From: Pecten maximus
Taxonomy: Eukaryota
Assembly: GCF_902652985.1 (NCBI RefSeq)
Contig: NC_047019.1
Span: 22,630,001 to 22,694,000 of the forward strand
Direction of reading: 5' to 3'
DNA: 64,000 nucleotides
Shown: piece after piece, positions 1-10,403 of the stretch
How the letters are laid out: each line of letters opens with the position of its first letter
How positions within the stretch are numbered: the stretch's first letter is position 1
Made by a program: the position numbers and the translations under genes
The notes under the pieces: generated by a model
Seen by the model: only the letters and a program-made list of their open reading frames with translations
Told to the model about the DNA's origin: nothing
The model's database searches: none

Positions 1-1638
1 ATGACAAGCTGTATTAACATATGGTATCGTCCACGTAAAACTCTTTGGGACTATCAACATGTAATTATTATTTCAATAACAAAATACAAAGTTACGATGG
101 CCGACAAGAGCCCGGCAAAATGAAATGAAAAAACTGTAACACTTTTTTTCATGGAACAGTTTTCTCACATCTTTTTGTACCTAGACTCTAGTACGGTACA
201 GAAAAATGTGAAAGCAGAGTTGAAATGAGTCAGTCACTTTTATATCTTTATTTTAACCAAAAAGCGGCCGAAAACAGCCACGGTACAGAAACATATCACA
301 AATGACTCCTAGATAAAGCTGTTATCACATAGTCTGCCAATTAATATCCCGGAATGTCTGACTACTGGATAATCCAATCGTCATGTATATTGATGTGGGG
401 CCTGCAAAATAATCAGTTGTCTATTTTAACTTTTAAATGACTTTTCATTTTAAAAATAACGCCTTTCCAGTGACGAATTATCTGTACTTACATTGTCAAT
501 ATCGATATTCTGTCGGATATTCTGTCATACTCGTGAAATATATGTTATATTAAACGGGAAACCATTCTATATATTTCACTAGCAAAAATGCAAAAACTAA
601 TAAAACTTATATACAAAAAGATATGAATAATCTGTGCCATTGAAGAAAACTTAGAGTTAGGCCTACAGTTTTTTCATTTCATTTTGCCAGGCTCTTGTTG
701 GTACAATGTGTCGAGCCGTTTAAATTGTGTTTTCATACCTGTATCTTTCATGTATTTTAATACATTTTGATGAATAAATCTCGAATCGGTGGTCTGGTAC
801 ACCCCTTGTGTTAGGCTACTTTTTGTAACAGGTAGGCTACAGTATAGCCCGTTCGGAGGTCCTGCGTTCGATTCCCGATCCGGTTCAGGTGATTGCATTC
901 AATGCTTGAACCGTCAGAATGAAAATCAGAAATACTTTTGAAATTGATGGTTTGTATTTTAATTTCCTTTTTAAACGAAAATTTAGAAAATTTTAATAAC
1001 AAAATATATATAAATGTTGTATTTTCCGGATGTATGTTTCTCATAATAGTGTTGACTCAATACGACTTGCGCGCCCATCTTCAACTTCCGGCAAACGTCG
1101 TCCAACGTGCGTGCCCAACACCGGTTTTTTGACTGTTTTCTTTTTTGTGCACACAGCACGGCTGCGGTTACGTTCAGGACTTCGCTTTAAACAGGTTTGT
1201 TAATCGGAACTGTTGTGTCATATTGTAAAAACCTGATGATATACTTCTGATAAGATTACAAACATAATAGTCGCCAGCTAAGACAAAGCACCCCCCCCCC
1301 CCCCCCCCCAAACACACATCCTTTTCACATAGGCTAATCACGACGACATGTACATATACTGATATAGACACTTAGTCTATAGCTACATTTTCAGATGGGC
1401 ACTTTTTCTGTAGCTAGCTTATTTTCAACATAGTTAAGTATCCTTCACTAGTACAATTGGCTATAAATAAACGAAGGAGTGGGGGAGCTGCGGCTGGGTT
1501 TCGGGATTTTTAGTAACCTATGACATCATTTAACAACCAAAACACTATAAAATCAAATATTCATATACATTCTGAAACCTTTATAAAAATTGGGATTATC
1601 GATGTAAATCTATTCATAGTGTTGTGGTTGTTAACTGA

Positions 1639-1933
1639 TGTAACATGCTGCTCAAAATCCAGAAATCAGAGACGGGTGATATACACGTCTCTGCCGAAAC
1701 TTACTACTTAGCCCACAGGGGCATGTATAGTCAGTAAGTATTGTATTAAAAAATAACCAAAAATACCTATATGCAACAGAGCGCAGGATTAATTAAATTT
1801 AAATCACTGCCTCCGCTAGGGATCGAACCCGGTACCTCTGGCTTATAATTACTAGTCTTACCCTCAACCGATCGAGCTAAAGAGATCTCTCTAGCCGAGC
1901 GGTTTATTGCGGCAAGTATTTACCAGGGTTACA
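1639..1933 (-). mobile_element. tRNA-derived repeat bounded by TGTAAC...GTTACA (solo-LTR-like or SINE head)
   Basis: Minus strand has an A-box-like TAGCTCGATCGG and a B-box GGTTCGATCC (about 1810-1880), but not an intact tRNA. 6-bp inverted termini TG...CA. No TSD seen. Confidence 0.45.
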
Positions 1934-2138
1934 TATATATATTGACATATATTGGTATTTCTGGCTATTTTTAATATAAGACTAGACATGCCTATGAGAA
2001 CTGCAGCAGTGCCTATGATTACTGTTGCTTATTGCACGTTCAATTATGATATCGATATATCCGTCTATATAACTTGTTCTTATAATGGCAGATTTAGAAT
2101 ATTCTATAAAAAGTTGAGTTTTCAACAAAATGCACATG

Positions 2139-2333
2139 CAGGGCTTTTTCTCACTGGTTTAGGATGGGACTTTTTGTCTCATTTTGGGAAGAAAATTGGT
2201 GAATTGGGAAAGATTTTTCATTGAGTAAACTGCAAATTTTTGGGAATATGGCTTAAATATGAAATGATTTCAATTGGGAATCAATGGGGCCCATAAACGG
2301 CCCCAAATTAAAAAGCCCTCAGAAAAGGCACTG
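2139..2333. mobile_element. Short MITE with 13-bp imperfect TIRs and a 5-bp TSD
   Basis: CAGGGCTTTTTCT ... AGAAAAGGCACTG, flanked on both sides by ACATG (2134-2138, 2334-2338). Confidence 0.6.
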
Positions 2334-2515
2334 ACATGGCATACAATAAACATTTTGATTAGTTAAAATATAAAATATTGTTCAATCAAATCCCTAGTCC
2401 TATTTTGACAGCATAGACTAGTAGTGTACTATATTTGAAAGTTAAAACCATGATCACCAAATTGATCATAGCTATGGATTAATACATTTTGTTTTTTTTA
2501 TTCATTTTAGAGGAA

Positions 2516-5500
2516 ATGGATATCCGGCCAAATCAAACCATTTACATCAACAATCTGAATGAAAAAATCAAGAAAGATGGTAAGTATCAAAAAGGAAGTT
2601 ATGCTGATTGTTTAATTGCCTAGAAATCTGCAGTTCCTTGATAAACAAAGTAAATTATGTTTTGTATACATGTATGATTTTAACTAAAAGTAGTGTATTT
2701 GGTCATTCACTATTTATACTTTATTTTACAATTTTTTCAGACCTGAAGAAATCCCTCTATGCTATTTTCTCCCAGTTTGGACAAATCCTGGATATTGTAG
2801 CCATGAAGACACTGAAGATGCGAGGACAAGCGTTTGTTATATTTAAGGATATAAGCAGTGCCACCAATGCTATAAGATCAATGCAGGGATTCCCTTTCTA
2901 TGACAAACCAATGGTAAAATTTATGATGATATGGTTGTACTGCCCGGTGCTCTGATAGCTTGGTGGTGTCGTTAAGACTGTTCGACGCTTTAAGCTAGGT
3001 GGTATGACAAACAGTGATTACTGTAGCAATGGTACAAAAGTGTTCATTAACTGTGTTATTGGAATTGTTTTGAAAGAAATCTTAAGTTTCTGAAACAACT
3101 AAGAATGCTGGTAAACGGGCACACTTGTTTTTGGTTTGCTACCTAAGATGTATTATGCAAAGTAGAACATCACAAATTAAAAAGCTACTGGATATTTACA
3201 ATATACATAGTACATTTAATTGAATATTGTTTTGATAAGTTACTGCTGGTCTGTATTTAAACATAATCTATTTGCAATGTACGGTTTAAATTTTACACTT
3301 GTTTGTAGAGAAGGAAAAAATCACAAGCTTTCTAAAGAAAACAAATGTCAGACAGTGTGTTAACAGTTGATAAAATATTTATATTTTCTTGCAGAGGATT
3401 CAATATTCTAAGAAGGACTCCGACATCATTGCTAAAATAAAGGGCACGTTTGTTGAGCGCCCCAAAAGAAAGAAGGAAGAAGAAGGTGATGTAGCAAAGA
3501 AATCCAAGAAAAAGAGTGCTGCTCAAAAGTAAGCTTTCATAAATTTGTGGTTTTCCTTTTTTTGTTGAAATCATGTTGATAAAGATTTAAGTTGTAAATT
3601 GACCTTGAATTTTATTTTGCATTTAAAGAGAAAATAATTGATTTTGAAATTTTCTCTTTCATATTTAGTGTTGGTACAATCTGATAACTTTGTAGTAGTT
3701 CTTATTATGATTACTACCTACATTAATGTGTTATTGAATTTCCTTTGCTGAAGACCATTTCCTTAAGATTCATTAGTACTTGTCAACAGAAACTTCAGAG
3801 TTTGTTAGTGTGTATGGTACTGGATTAACATACATGTTTTCTGTGTTTTGATAGACAAGCTGCTGCCCCTGTTATGGCTCAAGTACAACCTGTTGCACAG
3901 ATGGCTCCACAAGTACAACCAGGTAAGAATTTAATGATAGATTTGATTCTGTGTTACCGTAGAATTGGCCAGGTCTCTGCTTACTCTAGGCATAAAAATC
4001 CTTTAGCAAAAGTTGCTAAAATACCTTTTTTCTCTTTAGCAAATAAGAAATGGTTTTAGCAAGACAATGTTATTGCTTAGAATTTAATAACTAAATATAG
4101 CACACGCATATTTGTTTGATATATATATATTAATACAATGTGTTAGACTATTTTATTAGTAAAGGCAGGCATTAAAAGTGTTCATTATTTAAGAATTTAT
4201 AAATTACAAAATACTGCCAAATATTATGTTTTACCTCAGCGTAAACAAAAAATATTCAACCAACTAAAAAAGCATTGTATCATACCAAAACAGTTGTGTT
4301 TTAGCGGCTATTATTTTCATATTGAAAAAGAACACACTTGAGATTACACTGAAATAATGTTATTTTCAAACTTGATTTTCAAACCACAACTGATGTTTTA
4401 ATCTTATCATTCCGGGACTTCTTCTTTTTTTTTTTTTTTTTTTTTTGCGAAAATTGAATCGACTGTTCCTATTCCTTTAGATCATATTGGTGATAATTAT
4501 AAGTAATTGGATTTGGAGAATATCTGCTGCATAACCTATTCGCAGCATTTCAAAACAGATGCATTTCCAAATAGATGCTTCATACATAAATCACCCTGAA
4601 CAAATAATTTTGCAGCCCTGTCGCAACGTGGAGTTTACCGTGAATTGTACCTTATGTAATATGTTCGTGATACAAGACATCGAATGATACATACTTGTTA
4701 AATACTAAATAATATTGTACATACAATTAATGAAAGTTGAAATAACATTGAACAGACAATTGTCATTTTGTTTTTAGAGCAACGTAAGCTTGCGGCACAG
4801 GCAGAACATTCGTCTGCCATGGGGTCACAGCTGCCATGTTTTTGCCCAAGTTATCTAAACGCTTTACAAAGCATTGCCCATCAAACAAACGCTCAAATGA
4901 TTCAGATTTATTTAAGTACTTCCGTTTCCGTAACATACATGACATGTGCTAATCATGTAGTTCGATCATAGGATAAGTTAGATGCAATGACATCGTAATT
5001 AGTGAAAATGTAAGTGGTTGAATTAAAGATTTAAGACAGAGGGATATTTATGCAGTCTATAGTATGTCTTAGGTTAAAAACAGTTTCGCAAAAGTTGCGA
5101 AAATACTTAATTATATTTTCGCAATTAGTGATTACATTTCGTGAAATGCGCCAAATGCGATCGATAGCGTGAGCACAGCAGGTTTATTTGATAAATGTGA
5201 TAAGATTATTAAATGGTTAATATTGGAGACAACACGGCGGAAAACGAGGCATCATAAAGTCTACTCTATCAAGACTCGAATTACATTATTAAATGGTTCA
5301 TCTGATTTTCTTATATACTTTGATTTTCGATATGATTTTCTGTACTTGGACTTTCACTTCACCAAATAAGAATAATTTTGATTAACAAGAAATCAGTCTA
5401 AGTTTTGTTTACGTTTTGTTTGTTTACCGACGGTCTCTCTGTTTACAGCTGCAGCAGCCCCTCCCACAGCTGCCGCCCCAGCTCCCACAGCTATACCAGA

Positions 5501-6191
5501 ACAACCACCCAACCAGATTCTGTTCTTGACAAACCTACCAGAGGAAACAAACGAAATGATGTTGTCTATGTTGTTCAACCAGTAAGTTATTAATACATAG
5601 TTTTCAGGTATCAAACATTAAACTGGAAAGTTTGACTTATACTTTATTTCATGGATTAAAATTTATTATTATGATAAGCTGATATGGTATCACAAAACAA
5701 TAATAAGACAGATGTCCTCTTTATAAAATTAACAGCATATAAAATAAACAAGGTCTTTTTAGACATATAGCATATAAATCATTATGGTAAGGTATACAAT
5801 TAAAAAAAATGTATGTTCACTGACACAGGTAAAGTAAGTTTGAATGTTTACCTGTAAAACTGTTTTTATATATGTTTCCTTAAAATATCATAAATCTCCT
5901 CAGTTCTGTTATAATATTTGTTATTCTTTTAACAACTTGTACCGAAATAAAACAGTCTAGACAAGATAAATCATTATTGATTTTTACTATTAGATTACTA
6001 CCATGCTAAATGATTTCATTCCTCTTTGCAGATTTCCAGGATTCAAGGAAGTGCGTTTGGTGCCCGGTCGACATGACATTGCTTTTGTTGAATTTGAAAA
6101 TGAGGTTCAATCAGCTGCTGCAAAGGATGCACTTCAAGGCTTCAAAATCACACCAAGCAATGCCATGAAAATCTCATTTGCAAAGAAATAG
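2516..6191 (+). CDS. SNRPA: U1 snRNP A / U2 snRNP B'' (SNF-type) protein with two RRMs, 243 aa. Coding exons 2516-2579, 2741-2913, 3395-3528, 3855-3922, 5449-5581, 6032-6191
   Basis: Manual splicing with GT-AG introns and consistent phases gives 732 nt: [56 protein letters not shown]...[15 protein letters not shown]..., a Lys/Ala/Pro-rich linker, then [47 protein letters not shown]...[24 protein letters not shown] resembles Drosophila SNF (the single U1A/U2B'' gene). An acceptor at 2509-2510 implies an upstream non-coding exon. Confidence 0.97.
3970..5182. mobile_element. Probable decayed non-autonomous DNA transposon in an SNRPA intron
   Basis: Degenerate inverted ends (CTCTGCTTACTCTA / TAGCGTGAGCACAG) and subterminal palindromes TTTAGCAAAAGTTGCTAAA and TTTCGCAAAAGTTGCGAAA. 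Confidence 0.35.
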
Positions 6192-6592
6192 ACAATGTTC
6201 AAATTGGTGCAATTGTTTGAATGTTTGTTGTGTGTGCATGAATGTGTTAGATTGTGAGTTGTGAATGTAGTATTAGAAAGATCTGGAGGAAGGAACAAAT
6301 TAAGATAAATCTATAAGATCATGATTTATTTTCTCTGTGAAAAGAAATTTTGATTTTTAACACATTGGTATAAACACATAATATCTTAATACTTTCAACT
6401 ATAGAGTTATTAATATCTATGTACTGGGTAACCTGTGCTTCACATTTGATTAACGGCAAAAACATATTTTTAAGGTTTGTATAAAAAAAAATTCATGAGA
6501 TTAAGTTTAAAACTTAAATACTGTCTGTTATCATCCTTTTTGTACATCTCTCAAATATCATCGTAAATTTATTCATCGATTTTCTCTTCAAT

Positions 6593-6985
6593 CCAGCATT
6601 GCACTTGGCTGGTTGTTTCCAATTGTATTGGATCCAATTTGTTTTCGATAGTGAAACCTGTAAGCTGTTGTCAGACATGTCCATTAATGGGTTTTGGTAT
6701 ATTATGAAAAACTTAATTTAGAAATAATATACTTCACATTAGGGGGCCACAAGACCAGAGAATGCAGTTAACATCATTTGGCTGTATGTTGCCCTACTTC
6801 AATAAGAAGCATTGTGGTTTGGATGTCCCAGCTACACAGGTTTCACTGTCACTTTACAGCATTGCACACAGGCTGTACTTTTTGTTGAATTCCGGCATTG
6901 CACCAAGCTGGTACTATTGTTGTATTTGGTGGTCGCGTTGTTTTGGACATTACCAGATATTCCTGGCCTTGCACTCATGTCGGGG
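6593..6985 (+). promoter_or_regulatory. Four U1 snRNA stem-loop II-like hairpins (predicted U1A/SNF binding sites) in the 3'UTR of the U1A/SNF gene
   Basis: 6593-6612 CCAGC-ATTGCACTTG-GCTGG; 6855-6877 TACAGC-ATTGCACACAG-GCTGTA; 6892-6911 CCGGC-ATTGCACCAA-GCTGG; 6961-6985 TCCTGGC-CTTGCACTCAT-GTCGGGG (with G-U pairs). Confidence 0.85.
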
Positions 6986-7028
6986 CTGTCTTGTAATGTA
7001 CAGACATCTGAGGATCACAAGTCTGCTA

Positions 7029-7068
7029 AATAAATGTAAAACATAAAAGGACTTTGTTGTGTTTCTTT
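7029..7068 (+). terminator. Polyadenylation signal of the U1A/SNF gene
   Basis: First AATAAA after the stop codon (7029-7034), followed by a GU/U-rich element TTTGTTGTGTTTCTTT (7053-7068). Confidence 0.7.
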
Positions 7069-8214
7069 AATAGTCCATCACAGTGAAGAAGTGTGGTTTG
7101 ATTTGTGTTACTTTTTATCAGGTGGCCAATCTTTCAGACTTTATCTACATTATATGTTTCATTGTTGATAACTTTATAGGAGTAGCACTGCAGTAATATA
7201 TGTAGTACTAGTCTTATTTTGGAGGTCTAAGTAAGAATCAATTTGCTTTTGTAAACCATAACTTTCTAACTTTATTACATATACTTCTTAATTTATTCTT
7301 ATGCAAAAAATGTCACAATCTCAAGTTCTCGAGTACAGCATTGACTTAAAATAACGAGATTGTCTCCCTTCATTTACAAAGTTTTAAGATGTCAAACTAG
7401 CTATTGCAGAACAATGCATGTCCACCTACCAGGGTTGACAGTCTATCAAGGTTTTAACTTAAACAATTTCGCTCTATGTCTATTTTAGGCAAAATTGAAA
7501 GCTGTTGTTTGCCATTGATTTATTTCAGAAAGAAATAACCTGACCATTCAATATCTGGGCTGATAAATGTTCCCTTAAGACATTGTACTACACCAAATTA
7601 GAATGGCTCAATTTTAAAGTTTTGCTGTCTATGCAATTCCTTTTGTCTTCATTAAAACCATTCTCTTGCATCGTCATGAGTGTGGCAGGTGTAGTCGTCT
7701 GTTTTGTCCAAATATATTCCAATTGTCTTGATAAGATCTGTATATCCAGAGCAAGGGATAAAGACAAGTATCTGAGGAAGAAATATACATCATTTTTATT
7801 TTTAGTAAAAAAAAATTCATCCTACAAAGATACCCTGGACAAGAACCCAACATTTCTCCTGTTTGAATATGAGGCCATTAAGGTCATATCTGCTTATATC
7901 AGTTTCTTATTGATAGCTGAAAGATAGCAATTGGGCTTTGGCCATGTTCATTTTCACTATGATGCAGTAGTAAGTGCATAAAAGATTTTTTTTTTCAAAT
8001 AAGGGGACCGATTACCACTACATAAAAAACCCTTCGAATTCGGAAAACCTCTAGTTATCCACAAGGGGGCACCGATTAATGGAAATCAATAAATTAATTA
8101 TTGATATTGCAAATTCATTTATTGATATCCAAAAATCAAACTTATTTTCTGATATCATCAGTTAAAATTGTAATTTCAATAAATCATTTATTGATATTAA
8201 CAAATGTGCCTATT

Positions 8215-10032
8215 TATTATTCCCCTATCGGTGAAACCGGGGGGACTAGGTTTTGCCTGCATTCGTCCCTCAGTCTGTCCGTCCGGTTAAAGTTTTGGCA
8301 CACCATTCACTTAATAATGGTATAAGGATGCTGATTCTTTGCATAGAAGTTCTTTGGGTGTGTGGCTTTACTTTTGTACAGTTAAAAATGAAAAAATATT
8401 TTCTTTTTTTTTTGAAATTTTTGGCATATTATGAACTGAACTTTTTTCTCTGTATTCTTCAGGTTACAGTTTTGGTTCAAGTTTTATAATGGCACACTAT
8501 TCATTTAATAATGGTATAAGGGTGCTGATTCTTTGCATAGAGGTTCTTTGTGTGTGTGGCATTATTTTGTACAGTTAAAAATGAATTTTTTTTTTTTTTT
8601 TTTTTTCCATGTTATGGACTTAACTGTTTTCTCTGTATTTTTGAGGTTAAAGTTTTGGAATAAAATCAGTGTACTACTATGCTGTGCTATGCAGAATCAT
8701 GTTTATATTTCAATCCAAGGCTGTTATTATATACAGTCAAACTTCGATGTTTCGAAGTTCAAGGGACTAACAGAAAAACGTCGATACAGCGGGAGTTCGA
8801 ATTATTCATGGTTGACAATAGATCGATGTTTTCTTGATAATGACCATATCTGTTAACGTTACATGTCCTCAGTGTCTTCGTGTTGATCGTCGCCTGTCAG
8901 GCTCACATCGAAAACTTTAGTTAATTTATACCTCAAACACAACAAAATAAAAATTCTTTTCATTAATTATACCTAAGCATTTTATTAATTAAACAAAATA
9001 TGTATCGGTTACAAAACACTTATACAGTTCGCGTTTAACAGATAAAGCAAAAGAAGTACAATGCACACTTACGTAAGTCAGGCTTTTCTGCTAAAGACAC
9101 GTGCGTTTACGTTATGTGCATATAAAATACAGAATGCCGATCGGTTGGAGAATGCATGATTGAATGACAAATAATCGATTTACTTGGATATTTATGCATA
9201 AGTTTGAAACGTGACACTTTGAATATGAGTGAAGCCATCGCTAATTGTTTGTGTTTAAAATTGGTCCGGTTGTTTTACAGTTCCGTAAAATTTACTCACC
9301 GACCGCTGATTTCAATGGCGGCGGAGATTATCAGAGACGACTACCGAAATGTTTTACCGCAGTGATTAAATGTCATGGCTTCTAAATACACTTTTTATCT
9401 ATCAATTTGGTCTGATTATTAAAACCCCATGACCGGGAGTGACAACACACGCTATCGTTATCCCTCTTGTCAGTCAGGGCATTTGGGGGAGAGGTGTGAA
9501 ATCTTGCCGCAGGGGTCACGACAAACACCTGTCCACTGGTCAGTACAGGTAAATTTTTTGTTCGAATCATGAGATGTCAATTACCTATAATATCATAGCT
9601 AACGGGTCATGAAAAAAGTTCGATACATCGAAAACTTCGATTTATAAAAATTCGAATCATACATAGTTTCGTTAGTAGTGTTATATAGTGAGAAAATTCG
9701 GGACCAAGCAAAAAGTTCGATACAGCGAGAAATTCGAATCAACGAAGTTCGAATCATCGAGGTTTTTTCACTTTAAATTCACGTAAAGAGTCTTTTACTC
9801 TGTACAGTAGGCATACCAAAAGAATACCTGAATATCTTTTAGGGACAGGAAACATTGTTTATTCAAACCAAAAGAGTTGAATTTACACATTGTTTGGAAT
9901 GAACTTATTTTCATAAAATGATCATGTTTCAGTTTTGGCTAAACTTGTTTACTTAAATTTGGCTAAACTTTTAACTTGAGGGCGCCGGTAGGGGACTTGT
10001 ATTAGTTTAGCAATACTCACAGAATGCTTGTT
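8215..10032 (+). mobile_element. Helentron-associated non-autonomous element (HINE/DINE-1-like) with about 194-bp core repeats
   Basis: 5' subTIR TCCCCTATCGG followed by GGGGAC and a GTCC/GTCT microsatellite; two core repeats starting near 8297 and 8491; 3' subTIR CCGGTAGGGGA, a short hairpin GTATT..AATAC and a TT end. Confidence 0.65.
8734..9765. mobile_element. Tc1/mariner/pogo-type MITE nested in the HINE
   Basis: Left end TA|CAGTCAAACTTCGATGTTTCGAA. Right end TTCGAATCATCGAGGTTT (terminal bases lost). Repeated TTCGA subterminal motifs at both ends. Confidence 0.6.
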
Positions 10033-10229
10033 GATTTTATAAAATAAGGTATTTATTGATGTCCATGAAACGAATTATGGAATTCCATAATTCATTGATG
10101 GATATCAATAATTATTCATTGATTTCCATAAATGAATTGTGGAAATAAAAATCATAATTATTGATATCCATATGTCAATTTATTGATATCCGTAAATGGA
10201 AAAAAAATTTTCCACTTCCGCTTGCCATA
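10033..10229. repeat. Degenerate ~21-bp repeat element (ATTGATATC units); its other half is at about 8075-8210, split by the HINE insertion
   Basis: The same TTATTGATATCC...AATT periodic motif lies on both sides of 8215-10032. Confidence 0.5.
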
Positions 10230-10331
10230 GCTGAACATCTTTGTTTGTCTTGCAAGAAAACGGAAGGATATTGTTATCGCGTAATTTATATTTAATGATA
10301 TCTGACATTGATTTATAAAATGAAAAAAATG

Positions 10332-10403
10332 AGGGGACACCCGGGTTCGAACCAGGGACCTCTCGATCTGCAGTCGAATGCTCTACCACTGAGCTATATC
10401 CCC
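10332..10403 (-). tRNA. trnC-GCA: tRNA-Cys (anticodon GCA)
   Basis: Reverse complement GGGGATATAGCTCAGTGGTAGAGCATTCGACTGCAGATCGAGAGGTCCCTGGTTCGAACCCGGGTGTCCCCT: 72 nt, full cloverleaf, U discriminator, followed by a T7 Pol III terminator (10323-10329). Confidence 0.97.

Noticed and set aside
845-890. GTTCGATTCCC B-box suggesting a tRNA
   Set aside because: No cloverleaf or A-box; at most a decayed tRNA/SINE fragment.
6597-6612. CATTGCACTTG matches the 5' end of miR-92, suggesting a miR-92 cluster
   Set aside because: The motif sits in the loop of 5-7 bp stems, not on the arm of a ~60-nt precursor, and the TCCCGGCC 3' half of miR-92 is absent.
6593-6985. Hairpins as U1 snRNA genes or pseudogenes
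   Set aside because: No ATACTTACCTG 5' end, stem-loop I or Sm site in register; only the loop and closing pair match.
7180-7590. ACTGCAGTA (7187), ATTGCAGA (7403) and ATTGTAC (7582) as extra U2 SLIV or PIE-type sites
   Set aside because: They lie downstream of the likely poly(A) site and are not presented in loops with suitable closing stems.
10158-10389. ORFs including MVEHSTADREVPGSNPG
   Set aside because: Read-through of the tRNA-Cys gene and adjacent repeat.
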